DNA of 62,029 bases, filler included. It is 9 parts of 9 records of this genome, joined end to end, with 100 filler letters (N's around TTAATTAATTAA, not from the genome) between each part and the next. Parts side by side here need not be neighbours in the genome. Positions count along the whole stretch, not along the records: positions 21,248 to 26,293 come from SRR31147125_335298; positions 26,394 to 31,703 come from SRR31147125_338371; positions 31,804 to 38,650 come from SRR31147125_340322; 6 more parts are not named here. The stretch is one strand, 5' to 3'. The number at the start of each line of letters is the position of its first letter. The stretch's first letter is position 1. The translations under genes were made by a program, and so were the position numbers. A model generated the notes under the pieces. That model saw only the letters and a program-made list of their open reading frames with translations. It was not told the DNA's origin and did no database searches. This document shows positions 21,249 to 33,186 of this stretch, piece after piece.

Positions 21249-22268
21249 CCTGAACGCATCTACACGGATTTTTTTAATCTGTGCGGGATTCCCTTTTCCA
21301 TCACACCGGACCCCGAATTTCTCTACCTCTCCGACACCCATCAAAGCGTCTATGAGAAACTCCAGTACGGCATTCGCGGCCGGATGGGATTCATGGTGCT
21401 CACAGGGGAGGTGGGCACCGGAAAAACGACCCTCTGCCGCGCCCTTTTGGACCATCTCCAGAATCAGGCCGGAACCGTCTATGTGATCAACCCCTCCCTG
21501 AGCGGCCGGGAGCTTCTGGCCGCCATCCTCGATGACATGGGCATCGATTGCGGCGAAAAAGCTTCGAAAAAGGAACTGATCGACCGTCTCAACCACTTCC
21601 TGCTCTGCGAAGGCTCCACGCAGCCGGTGGTGATCATCATCGACGATGCCCAGACCATGCCGCTGGAGACCCTCGAGGACCTGCGCCTGCTCTCCAACCT
21701 GGAGACCGACAAAAACAAACTGCTTCAAATTCTTCTCGCAGGGCAGCCCGAACTGCTGGCCCTGATCGACCGGCCCGAGCTGCGTCAACTCAAACAGAGA
21801 ATCTTAATCCACTGCCACCTGGACTTTCTCTCCCGGGAAGAGGTCAGCGGATACATCGAACGCCGCCTTGCGGTGGCCGGCAACAAGGGCCAGGTGCGTT
21901 TCAGCCCCAAGGCCATCCAGCGCATCCACATACTATCCAGAGGCTTGCCCCGATCGATCAACAAACTGTGCGACCTGGCCCTGACCGCTGCTTATGCAGG
22001 CGACAGCGCCATGGTGGAGGCGTGCCATATCACTGCCGCCGGAAAAGAGATGGCCGGATCGATATCATGGAAAAGCATCTCCAAAGGTGCCTCTTCGACA
22101 TGGCGCGGCCTGTTTCAGAAAGCCGCTGTGCTATTTGCAGCGATCTTGCTGCTCACCACCGCAGCCCTTCTCTATCGCGCCGACCCAAAGCAGCAAACAA
22201 CGTCACCTGAAATACAACCTGAAGCCACGATCCCGAGAATGGAGAATCACCTTGAGCCTGCTCAATGA
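21249..22268 (+). CDS. ExeA/GspA/MshM-family AAA ATPase (5' partial)
   Basis: YTDFFNL..PFSITPDPEFLY N-terminus, GEVGTGKT Walker A, IIDDAQ Walker B, LAGQPEL, GLPRSINKLCD. Confidence 0.9.
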   Translation, partial: PERIYTDFFNLCGIPFSITPDPEFLYLSDTHQSVYEKLQYGIRGRMGFMVLTGEVGTGKTTLCRALLDHLQNQAGTVYVINPSLSGRELLAAILDDMGIDCGEKASKKELIDRLNHFLLCEGSTQPVVIIIDDAQTMPLETLEDLRLLSNLETDKNKLLQILLAGQPELLALIDRPELRQLKQRILIHCHLDFLSREEVSGYIERRLAVAGNKGQVRFSPKAIQRIHILSRGLPRSINKLCDLALTAAYAGDSAMVEACHITAAGKEMAGSISWKSISKGASSTWRGLFQKAAVLFAAILLLTTAALLYRADPKQQTTSPEIQPEATIPRMENHLEPAQ

Positions 22269-23439
22269 TGCCCTGCGCAAACGAAGGACTGAAAATATGC
22301 CTGAGGGACAGCAAGCCGCCGGGACCGTCCTCGGCACAACCCGCCCCCAGCGGTTCACGCCGGGCCGCAAAAAGGTCATCCTGGGTGGTGTCGCCGTGGT
22401 GGTACTCGCCTTTATCGTCTGGTGCTGGTGGTGGCCGCCAGGTGAAACGGCATCCTCCTTCTCCTCCGGACCGATTCAGATAGCCACTATAAAGGAAGCG
22501 CCAAATCCTGAAAATGTGGGTGAACCGATTGTAGAGACAGTGGGACATGTCCCCATCGTCAAAATCGACGAAGCGGCAGCATCGACCGGAACCCTCTCTT
22601 CCACGCCGCCTGCACCCATCAAAAAAGGTGACGATCCGGTCGTTTCACCGGTGATCGACAGATCATCCACCGCGACCCGGGGACCGTCTGCACCCAAGAC
22701 CGAAAAACAGGCGGCGCTGCCGGTCCAAAAAGAGGTCGTCAAGCGTCCCGTGGCCGCACCAAAACCATCCAAGGCTGCCGAACCCTCGACAGCATCACTG
22801 ACGCCCCCACCGGCACAATACCGCCAAGTGTCGACGGCGCGCATGTATCAAAAGGCACGCGCCTACCACCGTCAGGGGCAGATCGCCGAGGCCATTGGCA
22901 TGTACCGGGAAGTATTGAAAATAGATCCGGACCACTTCGATACCGGCTTCAATCTGACTTCGGCCTATCTTCAAACCCGGGCCTACGACAGGGCCTACGC
23001 CATGGCCGCCGACCTCTACCGAAGAAAGCCGGACAACCCGCAGGTGGCGTTAAATCTGGCCATCGCCCGGATCGGCATCGGCCACCCGCGTCAGGCCATC
23101 GACCTGTTGGACCGCTTCTCCTCGCATCCCGAGGCGCCGATTTACGAAATCTACTTCCACAAGGGTGTGGCCTACCGCAGCATCGGCGAGCCGGCAACAG
23201 CCGTAACCTGGTATCAAAAGGCCGAGCAGCTCAAATCGGATGACCCGCGCCTGCTGTTCAACATGGCCGTGGCACTGGACCAGAACCGCCAGTACCGTAT
23301 GGCGGCCAACTACTACCAGAAGTATCTGAAGCAGTCGCAAGACGAAGAACTTTCAACCCGGAAACAGGTGGCGCGCCGAATTCGCATCCTGCAGGCGGAG
23401 CTGGCCGCATACCCGCACAAGGAAGAACAGACCCAATGA
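22252..23439 (+). CDS. TPR-repeat protein, MshN-like
   Basis: TTG start MSLLNDALRK, one TM helix, Pro/Ala-rich linker, C-terminal TPR repeats; sits between the ExeA-like and GspE-like genes. Confidence 0.8.
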   Translation: MSLLNDALRKRRTENMPEGQQAAGTVLGTTRPQRFTPGRKKVILGGVAVVVLAFIVWCWWWPPGETASSFSSGPIQIATIKEAPNPENVGEPIVETVGHVPIVKIDEAAASTGTLSSTPPAPIKKGDDPVVSPVIDRSSTATRGPSAPKTEKQAALPVQKEVVKRPVAAPKPSKAAEPSTASLTPPPAQYRQVSTARMYQKARAYHRQGQIAEAIGMYREVLKIDPDHFDTGFNLTSAYLQTRAYDRAYAMAADLYRRKPDNPQVALNLAIARIGIGHPRQAIDLLDRFSSHPEAPIYEIYFHKGVAYRSIGEPATAVTWYQKAEQLKSDDPRLLFNMAVALDQNRQYRMAANYYQKYLKQSQDEELSTRKQVARRIRILQAELAAYPHKEEQTQ

Positions 23440-25087
23440 AGAAGCGTATCGGCGACATTTTGATGGAGATGGGTTTTATCGACGGCGATCAGCTGAAGCT
23501 CGCCCTGATGGAGACCAAAAAGACCGGCAGCATGATCGGCGATGTACTGCAGCGCATGGGCTGGGTGACCGAGGAGGATCTCCAGATGGCCATCGCCGTG
23601 CAGAGCGGCGCCAAAATCCTCGATACCGATGCGGCCGAAATCGACCACAGCTTGATGGGCCAGATCCCCATCGAGTTTGTCAACGAACACGGCATGTTCC
23701 CCTTCGCCCAGCACGACGGCGTATTGATGGCGGCCACCAACAACCCCTTCGACGTCATCGCCAAGGACAAACTGGCCCGTTTGAGCGGCCGGCGGGTCGA
23801 GACCTTCATCGCCCCCAGGAACTGGATCTCCAAAGCGATCGAAGTGTTCTACAAAACCGCCCAGACCCTCGATGATGAGATCAACGCCATCACCTACTCC
23901 CAAGCCGGAGGCGATGCCACCGAAGACAACCGCATCATCAAGCTCTCCGGCCTGCTGATCGACAAAGGTTATGTCCTGGGCGCCAGCGATATCCACATCG
24001 TGCCCGACGCCAACCTGGTGCGGGTTTATTACCGCATCGATGGCGTGCTGCACCAGATGTACCTCTTTGCAAAGAAGTTCCAGCAACCCCTGGTCACACG
24101 CTATAAGATCATGGCCGACATGGATATCTCCAACCCCAACATCCCCCATGACGGCCGCATCAAATACGAAAGCGGCGTCGGCGCGTTTGATATCCGCGTC
24201 TCCACCTTTCCGACCCAGTTGGGTGAAACGGTGGTCATGCGCCTGCTGATTTACAATAAGGTGGTGGGCGATCTGAAAAACCTCGGTTTCGAAGTGGAAG
24301 ACCTGGACCGCTTCCACCAGACCATCCAGCGCCCCTACGGCCTGATCCTCACCACCGGCCCCACCGGCTCGGGTAAAACGACGACCCTCTATACGGCCCT
24401 GATGACCATCAACAGCCCCAACATCAACTGTATGACCGTGGAAGATCCCATCGAATATGTGATCCCCACGATTCGCCAGACCGCCGTCAACGTCAAGGCC
24501 GGATTGACCTTCGAAAACGCCCTGCGTTCGGCCATGCGACAAGATCCGGACGTAATGCTGGTGGGCGAAATCCGGGACAAGACCACCGCCGATCTGGCCA
24601 TGCGCGCCGCCCTGACCGGCCACCTGGTGCTCTCAACGCTTCATACCAACGACGCGGCTTCGGCCATCAACCGCCTGCTCGATCTGGGCGTCAACGCCAG
24701 CATCCTGGCCTCGTCGCTCTCCATGATCGTGGCCCAGCGCCTGGTGCGGCTGCTCTGCCCGAACTGCGCCGAGCGCGAACCGATCACAGAGGAGGAGCGC
24801 AAGGTGTTTATCGGCAACGATATGGAACCGCCCGAGGAGCTGGCCAAAGCCAGGGGTGCGACAGCCGCCTCCAGTCCGGGTACAAAGGCCGGGCCGGCAT
24901 CTATGAGGTGATCGTGGTGAACCGTGAGATCGAGGCGATGATCTTCACCGGTGCATTGCACCGCGAGATTGAAGACAGGGCCAGGAACGCCGGTACGGTA
25001 CTGATGTTCAAACAGGCCCTGAAAAAAGTGACCCGCCACCTCACCTCCCTGGATGAAGTGCAGCGGGTGATCGTTGATTATGCCTAA
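23436..25087 (+). CDS. GspE/PilB/MshE-family secretion/pilus ATPase (frameshift at G-run near 24853)
   Basis: MshEN-like N-terminus, ASDIHI, GPTGSGKTT, EDPIEY, RQDPD..GEIRD, TGHLVLSTLHTN; restoring one G continues GYKGRAGIYEV..TSLDEVQRV to TAA 25087. Confidence 0.93.
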
Positions 25088-26293
25088 TTACAGCTACAAA
25101 GCCGTCGACGATAGCGGTCGCGTCGTCAAGGGCGTGGCCATCGCCTTCGACGAAAGCGATATGGAGCTCAAGCTCGGCCAGGCCGGTCTGGACCTCATCC
25201 AAAGCCGGCCTGTCAAGGAGAGCTCCCTGAGCCAACTGCTGGGCGGCTCGATCAAACTGCGCACCGTGGTCGAGTTCTACCATCGACTGGCCCAGACCCT
25301 GGATATCGGCCTGCCCCTGCTCTCGGCGCTCGAGGAGAACAGTCAATACCTGCCCTCCAAGCCCATGCGCCGCATTTCCGGCGAGATCAAGGTGGCGGTG
25401 GAGGGAGGCCGCACACTCCACGAGGCCATGGCGGCCCATTCGAAAATATTTCAAAAACTCGACCTGGCCATCGTCCGTATGGGTGAGCAGACCGGCGTAC
25501 TACCGACCTGCCTCAAACAGCTGGCCGCCTTCCTGCAATGGAAAGAAGAGCTGCGCGCCCATATCCGCAAGGCGACCATCTACCCCTCCTTTGTCATGAT
25601 CTCCATCGTGGCTGTGCTCGGCGTGTGGGTCGGCTATGTCCTGCCCCAGATGGTCCAGGTGCTGATGGAGATGGATGTGGTCGTACCCCAGGCCACCCTG
25701 GCGGTCCTGAAGGTAAGCGACTTCGTCAAGCAAAACTGGCTCTGGTTTATCACCGGCGCAATGGCAGTGGCAGGATCGCTTTTTCTCTACCAACGCACCG
25801 AAAAAGGCGGTATCCGCTTCGACAGATGGCTGCTGCACCTGCCCCTGCTCGGCGAGGTGCTGCGCAACATCAGCCTGGCCCGCCTCTGCCACAACTTCGC
25901 CACCATGTTCGGCGCCGGCATGGCCATCCAGCAGATTTTCAGCACCCTGGCCGACCACGGCCTGGGCAATCGCCACCTGGAATCACGCCTGAAAGTGGTC
26001 TACGGAGAGATCGAAAGCGGTGAATCGATCGCCGGTTCCTTCGACGCCGCCGGCGGCTACCCCAGCCTGCTGCTGGGCGCCATCCGCAACGGCGAGGCCA
26101 CCGGCACTCTGGACCAGTCGTTCCAACGCCTGGGCGACTACTTCGACACCGAAGTGAAGCGCACTGTTGATGCCTTGCTCAGTGCCATCGAACCTCTGTC
26201 CATCATCGCCCTGGGCACTATTTTCGGCCTGATCGTCCTCTCCATTCTACTTCCGCTCTACGATGTGATGGGGTCGATGGGAAAAGCGTACTA
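25080..26293 (+). CDS. GspF/PilC/MshG-family inner-membrane platform protein (stop cut by contig end)
   Basis: MPNYSYKAVD start, GEQTGVL, ATIYP, GEATGTLD, IEPL..LPLY. Confidence 0.93.
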
Positions 26294-26393
26294 NNNNNNN
26301 NNNNNNNNNNNNNNNNNNNNNNNNNNNNNNNNNNNNNTTAATTAATTAANNNNNNNNNNNNNNNNNNNNNNNNNNNNNNNNNNNNNNNNNNNN
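26294..26393. other. Artificial contig linker
   Basis: N44-TTAATTAATTAA-N44. Confidence 0.99.
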
Positions 26394-26415
26394 GTACTTT
26401 GCGCTGAAAATTGCC

Positions 26416-27399
26416 ATGATCAATATCTTTGTCACATACCGTTGTAACCTGCACTGCCCCTATTGCTTTGCCTCTGACCTGAAGGCGGACTGCCCCCAGG
26501 ATATGACCATGGGCGATTTTCAGCGCCTTTTAACCTGGATGGAAAAGGCCGGGGTAATGATGGCAGGGTTCATCGGCGGTGAGCCCACCCTTTGTCCGGA
26601 CCTGGCGCAGATGATTGCCCAGACAAAGGCCAGGGGCATTGCCGTCACCCTGTTCACCAACGGCCTGTTTGAGCCCAAGCTTATCCCCGGGCTTGTCCCC
26701 CATGTGGATAATTTTGTGGTCAATTACAATGACCCTGATATTTTTCCGTCCAGAGCCCATCAGGATCAGCTCCACGACAACCTGGCCCAATTGTCCAAAG
26801 CTGGGGCCAGGATTACCTTTTCCAAGAATTTTTCCCCCCGCCACCATGCTTACGACTATTTGATACAAGGGGCTAAAAGGTTTGGTGTCCGGGCTGTTCG
26901 CTACGACATCTCCCGGCCGGCCGGCAACGGCGAAAACGATTATTTTTCAGCCGGTGACACAGGGGCATTCATGGAAACCATCCTCTCCTTTGTTCAGGCC
27001 TGTGAGGACAGGGGCATTAAAACCGGGCTGGACTGCTGCATGAAGCTGTGTGACCTTGATTCGGCGGACAGGGCGTATCTGGAACAGGTGTCCATGAAGT
27101 TCACCGGGATCTGCCATCCCTCCATTGACATCCATCCAGACCTGTCCGCCTCCTATTGCCTGCCCCTGGCCCATGTGCGGGTGGCAGATGTGACAAAGTT
27201 TCCCAGCAGCCAAGGCCTTCTCCATCATTTTGCCGAAGCAGTCCGGCCCCTGCGGCAGACGCCGGTCTCGCCCGAGTGCAATACCTGCGCCTTTTTCAAC
27301 ACCCGGTGCCAGGGCGGATGCCTTGCCACCAAAACCCTGGAATCCTGTGGCGCTGAACTGCCCCGGGACATTCCCCAAGCCGAGGAAATTCATGGCTGA
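26416..27399 (+). CDS. Radical SAM protein with SPASM-like C-terminus
   Basis: CNLHCPYC (CxxxCxxC), GGEPTL, C-terminal CHP..YCLP and CNTC.....CQGGC. Confidence 0.92.
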   Translation: MINIFVTYRCNLHCPYCFASDLKADCPQDMTMGDFQRLLTWMEKAGVMMAGFIGGEPTLCPDLAQMIAQTKARGIAVTLFTNGLFEPKLIPGLVPHVDNFVVNYNDPDIFPSRAHQDQLHDNLAQLSKAGARITFSKNFSPRHHAYDYLIQGAKRFGVRAVRYDISRPAGNGENDYFSAGDTGAFMETILSFVQACEDRGIKTGLDCCMKLCDLDSADRAYLEQVSMKFTGICHPSIDIHPDLSASYCLPLAHVRVADVTKFPSSQGLLHHFAEAVRPLRQTPVSPECNTCAFFNTRCQGGCLATKTLESCGAELPRDIPQAEEIHG

Positions 27400-29340
27400 T
27401 ATCAAAAAAATCATCACCACCTGCACCCGGGACTGTCCCAATACCTGCGGCCTTTTGGCCACGGTGGAGGACGGACGGCTGGTCAAACTTACAGGCGCCA
27501 AAGACCATCCCCTGACCCGGGGGCTGCCTGTCACAAAACTTCAAAATATGTCCAAAGGGTATACAGTGAAGAACGGATTACCCACCCCATGGTCAAGGAG
27601 AACGGGGAGTGGAAACAGGTGTCCTGGGATACGGCCCTTGACCTGGTGGCCGATGGGATGAAAACCATCCGGGACGAAGACGGCCCCGAGGCCATCCTTT
27701 ATTACCAGGGTTATGGGGAGCGCACCGCCCTCAAACTGCTCAACAAGTATTTTTTCAACCTTTTCGGCAGCGTAACCACCCTGACAGGATCCCTGTGCGG
27801 GGGAACGGGCCAGGCCTCCCAGAACCTGGACTTTGGCCGGCGGATCTCCCACGATCCCCTGGACCATTATAACTCCCGGGCCATGATTCTCTGGGCCAGA
27901 AATCCTGTGTCCACAAACATCAGCCTGGTCCCCATCATGAAGGATATCCAAAAACGGGGGGGCAGGGTGATCGTCATAGATCCTTTTAAAAACCGTTCTG
28001 CTGCCCTGGCCGACCGGTATATTGCCCCGGCCCCGGGGGCGGATCTCTACCTGGCCCTGGCAGCGGCCCGGATTATTTTTGATGCAGGGGCCGAGGACAA
28101 GGTGTTTTTAGCCCGGCACAGTGTCGGCGGGGAGGGGTTCAAGGCCCTTGTGTATGAGCAGAGCCTTGAACGCCTTTGCAGCCTTGCCGGTGTCAGTGTT
28201 GAAGATGCCGGCTTTCTGGCCGACACCCTCATTGATTTCGCCCCGGCATCCATCCTCCTGGGATGGGGGCTTCACCGCCACAAGGATGCCCATTTTTCCA
28301 TCCGGGCCATTGATGCCCTGGGGGCTGTGGCCGGGAATATCGGTGTGGCCGGCGGGGGCATCAGCCAAGGGTTTGAGGAGTTTGGCCCCTATGACCAGAC
28401 CTTTTGGGGGGACCATCTCCATCCCGGCCGCCGTACCCTGTCCATGCCCATAATCGGGGAGGAGATCCTGAAGGCTGTCAATCCGAAGATCCGGATGATT
28501 TTTACCACGGCCGCCAATCCCGTGTGCATGGCCCCCAACACGGACAAGGTGGTAAACGCATTTTCCCGGACCGAGTTCAAGGTTTACTCCGGCCATTTCA
28601 TGGATGACACCGCAGACCTTGCCGATGTGTTTTTGCCGGCCACCACCTTTTTAGAAGAGGACGATGTGATGGCCACCTACGGCCACAACTATGTGGGGCC
28701 GGTGAACCGGGCGATCCAGCCTGTGGGTGAATGCAAAAGCGAGTTTCACATCTTTGTTGAACTGGCCAAACGCTTTGAGTTTGCCCATGTGTTCTGCCGC
28801 AGCGCCAAAGACTGGCTCCAGGATATCTGTGCCCCCATCCGGGAGTTTGGCTGCAGCATGGACGCCCTTAAAAAGGGGCCGTTTCGTCTGCCCGAGCCCA
28901 TGGTGCCCTATGCGGATAAAACCTTTGAGACCCCGTCGGGCAAGTTCCAGTTCATGACCGGGTTTGACGCCGACACAATGGGGCGGGACAACCCGGACTA
29001 TCCCTATACCCTGCTCACCGTGGCCGCCCATAATTTTATCTGCTCCGAGCGGACCCTGTCTGACCATGAGCCCCTGCCAACGGTGAGGGTGAATCCCCAG
29101 GAGGCCGCTGCAAAGGGGATATCAGACGGGGGACGGGTCTGGGTTGAAAGTCCGGTTGCCCGGGTGAAAGCCAGGCTGGCCATTGATCCGTCGGTCCGGC
29201 CGGATTGTATGGTGGCCGAGCGCGGGGGCTGGCTCAAGGGCGGCCACGGCCTGAACCGGCTGACCACAGACATGGCCAGCACCGTGGGCCACGGCACCCC
29301 CTATTACCAGACCCTTGTCACTTTTTCCAAGGATGCTTGA
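27392..29340 (+). CDS. Molybdopterin (bis-MGD) oxidoreductase of an uncharacterised subgroup (frameshift at G-run near 27520)
   Basis: N-terminal CTRDCPNTC..C [4Fe-4S] motif after restoring one G, GSLCGGTG, ADVFLPATTFLE, C-terminal dinucleotide-binding domain; no Tat signal. Confidence 0.9.
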
Positions 29341-29341
29341 G

Positions 29342-30110
29342 ATGTCCATGTTCACCAGCAGAAAACCCAGAGTTCACCTTCTCATCATTCAGCACTCAGA
29401 GCAGGCCCCGGGCGGGGCCTTTGCCCAAAGCCTGCAGGACCGGGGCTGCACCCTGACCATTCTTTCTCCCTTTGACGGGGATGACCTTCCCTGGGACATT
29501 GAGGATTTTTCAGGGCTTGTGGTGCTGGGCGGACCCCAGCATGCCTTTGATGACCAGGCTGGTCCCCATTTTCCCAGGCTCATGGCCCTGATGCGGGAAT
29601 TCGACGCCCAGGGAAAACCTGTGGCCGGTATCTGCCTGGGCTGCCAGCTTCTGGCCCGGGCCCATGGGGGAGCCCCCTATCTTTAGGGTTTCTGAATTGG
29701 GGTTTTGTCAGCACAGCCTGACTCCTGAAGGCGAGGCCGATCCTGTATTTGAAGGGGTGGGCCTGCCCCCGCTCATGGCCTTTCATGAGGATACCTTTGA
29801 GTTGCCTGAAAATGCCGTGCTCCTGGCCAGAGGGGAGGAATGCAGAAACCAGGTGTTCAGGGTGGGGCAGGCCTCCTATGGGTTTCAGTTCCACTTTGAG
29901 GTGACCCGGGACATTGCAGGCCTTTGGATTGAGCAGTTCAAACGCGGGAAAATCAAGGCCTATGACGCCCATCGAAGCGGTTTTCAAACCACAGCCCTGG
30001 ACCGGATGGAAACGGGGCTTGACACATATATTCACGATTCTGAAACTTTCTGCGACCGGATTGCGGAAAACTGGCTGGCCCTTGTCAGCCGCCTGAACCT
30101 GATCCGTTAA
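29342..30110 (+). CDS. Class I glutamine amidotransferase-like protein (frameshift near 29670-29690)
   Basis: GLVVLGGP, GICLGCQLLA nucleophile elbow, HEDTF, GFQFHFE catalytic His-x-Glu. Confidence 0.88.
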
Positions 30111-30152
30111 GCAGAAACGATTTGCCACAACATGAATAAGGAGAGGTCCATT

Positions 30153-31703
30153 ATGAGCAAGCAACAGATCGACACAGCCATTGACAATTTTGACGCCGGC
30201 AGGATGACCCGCCGGTCCTTCATCACCAAACTGGGCGCCCTTGGCGTATCCGCCATGGTGGCCAATGCCATCAGCCTGTCCCCCTTTGGCGCCAAAAAGG
30301 CCTATGCCGCCATCCAGGGGGCTGAAGAGCGTGCCTGGGCCTTGGCCAAGGAGGCTGCAGCCAAAGCCACCAAAAAGAAACTCACCCTGCTGATTCCCAC
30401 AGGCTCCATCGGCAACATGACCCCCTATGTGGACAAGTGGAAAAACGAGCTTGGCATCACCCTTGAGTTCATTGAAGAACCCGACGAGGTCATTCATACC
30501 AAGGGCATGCAGGAAGCCGTGGCCAAGACCGGCCGTTATGATGTGATGATGCCCACAGCCATGTCCTATCCCGACTGGATTGACTCCGGCGTGATCTACG
30601 ATCTCACGGACTGGGTGGAAAAGTATGACCCTGAAATCTTCAACGATGAGTGGGGGGTTGTCTTCCCGGCCAGTCACCATGCCCAGCTCTACAACGGACG
30701 TGTGGCAGGGCTTCTCAACGACGGTGACCAGATTACCCTGTTGTGCCGGGACGACTATCTGAAAGATTCTGCCAAGGCCAAGGCCTTTGAGGACAAGTTC
30801 GGCTATCCTCTGGCCGTGCCCAAAACCTGGACCGAGTACTATAACCTGGCCAAGTTCATGCACGATCCGGCCAAGGGGTTCTACGGCAGCCTGGAGTACC
30901 GGTCTCCCTACTACGTAAAATGGATGTTCATGCAGCGCCTGGTGTCCAAGGGTCGCCTCTACTTTGACGGGGATATGAACCCCACCTTTAACTCAGAGGA
31001 AGGTATTGCCGCCCTTGAGGATATGCTGGCCATGAACGATTACCTGCATCCGGATGCCTTCAGCTTTACCTGGTCCTCCAACTACAACGCATTCGGCCGG
31101 GGCGAGGGCTTCATGAATATTGTATGGCCCTCGGGGTTCAAATACTCCAAAGCCCCGTCCACAGGCCCTGCCACCACAGGGAAAATTGCTGCCACTGTCA
31201 TGCCGGCAGACACCCTGAAGGACGGGTCGCAGCTCTACGCGGGCATGTTCTGCTGGGGCTATGGATATGCCGTGTCCAGGTATTCGGTCAACCCGGAACT
31301 GGCCTATGCCTATGCCCAGTGGATGACCTCTCCCACCATTTCGTCGGATGCCATCCCCTATCTGGGCGGCTACTCTGATCCCTATAGAAAGAACCACATG
31401 CTTGAACCCACCAAGCGTCTGCTGGACACCTATTCACCGGAATACCTGCAGACCCTGTACGACAACATGGTCAACACCGTGCCTGACTTCTGCATCCCCG
31501 GCGGCTTTGAATACCAGGATGCCCTGGACAAAGAGGTCCATGCCTGCATGACCGGTTCCAAATCCCCGAAAAAGCCCTGGATAACGCGGCCCGCAAGTTC
31601 GACCGCATTACCAAAAGAATCGGCAAGGACAAGGTTAAAAAGTCCTGGCTGGCCCTGACCAAGAACCTGGCCGAGCCCATTAAAAAGGCCAGCGGCGCAG
31701 GGG
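30153..31703 (+). CDS. Family-1 ABC extracellular solute-binding protein with Tat signal (frameshift in A-run near 31570, 3' truncated)
   Basis: RBS GGAGAGG; TRRSFITK Tat motif; PKTWTEY, FNSEEGIAALE, AYAYAQW. Confidence 0.85.
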
Positions 31704-31803
31704 NNNNNNNNNNNNNNNNNNNNNNNNNNNNNNNNNNNNNNNNNNNNTTAATTAATTAANNNNNNNNNNNNNNNNNNNNNNNNNNNNNNNNNNNNNNNNN
31801 NNN
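31704..31803. other. Artificial contig linker
   Basis: N44-TTAATTAATTAA-N44. Confidence 0.99.
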
Positions 31804-33184
31804 GAGTCTGGCCGACTGGTTCCGGCAGCAGGGTTTCAGTGTGGGGCGCATGAAGACCGGCACCGTTCCCCGCTTGGACGCGAACACCATCGATTATTCC
31901 CAGCTCGAGCCGCAGTACAGCGACCAGCCGCCGTCCTTTTTCTCGTTCACCAGTGACGGTGAGTACCGCCAGCCGCAGTTTCCCTGCCATATCACTTACA
32001 CCAACGAGAAGACGCACGAGATCATCAGGGATTCCATCGACCAGTCTCCGATGTTCGCCGGCATCATCGAGGGCGTCGGAGCCCGGTACTGCCCGTCCAT
32101 CGAGGACAAGGTGATGCGTTTCCCGGAAAAACTGCGGCACCAGGTCTTCCTGGAGCCGGAGGGCGTCGACACCACCGAAGTCTACCCCAACGGCCTGCCC
32201 ACCAGCCTGCCGCTGGCAACCCAGGTTGCGATGATCCGCTCCATCAAAGGACTGGAGAATGCCGTCATCGTGCGCTCCGGATATGCAATCGAATACGATT
32301 ACATCGACCCGCTCGAACTGCTCCCGTCACTCGAGACCAAGAAGGTCGGGGGACTCTTTCTCGCCGGTCAGATCAACGGCACATCCGGTTACGAGGAAGC
32401 CGCCGGTCAGGGATTGATTGCCGGCATCAACGCGGTTCACCACTGCCGGGACCAGGAGCCGGTGATCATCGACCGCTCCCAGGCCTATATCGGCGTATTG
32501 ATCGACGACCTGATCACCCGGGGGACAAAGGAACCCTACCGCCTGTTCACCTCACGGGCCGAATACCGGCTGCTGCTTCGGGAAGACAACGCCGATGAAC
32601 GGTTGTCCGGGATCGGCCATCGAATCGGACTGCTCGACCAGGACCAGTACGACTGCTTTGTCGCCAAACAAAAGGAGATCGATTCCGGCATCACACTCCT
32701 TGAAAAAACGTTGGTGAAACCGTCACCGGACATCGATTCCGTGTTGCACTCACTGCACAGCGCCAGTCTCAAGCAGAAGTGCAGCCTGGCCGACCTGCTG
32801 CGCAGACCGGAGCTGTCCATCGGTGATCTCGCCGGGCTGGTAGGCGAAGATGAAGCTCAGGAAATCGAACGTGTGAGCAGATCCCGGTTCAGTGAAGAGA
32901 TCCAGCTGAGAGTGAAATACCAGGGCTATATCGAGCGGCAGGATGAGCAAGTCAGGCGATTCAGAAAACTGGAATCCATGCAGATTCCTGCGGATTTCGA
33001 GTACGCTGATCTGTCCGGATTGTCAAACGAAGTCGTAGAGAAGCTGAGTGCCGTCAAACCGGTGTCTCTCGGGCAGGCATCGCGGATCTCGGGCATCACC
33101 CCCGCCGCGATATCAGTCCTGCAGGTCCACCTGCGCAAGCGAAAACTCTCTCCGACCACGGATCAGAAAGACGACAGGAGCTGA
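31804..33184 (+). CDS. mnmG: tRNA uridine 5-carboxymethylaminomethyl modification enzyme MnmG/GidA (5' truncated)
   Basis: RMKTGT.PR, RYCPSIEDK, AGQINGTSGYEEAAGQG, EPYRLFTSRAEYRL, ASRISGITPA. Confidence 0.97.
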
Positions 33185-33186
33185 CG

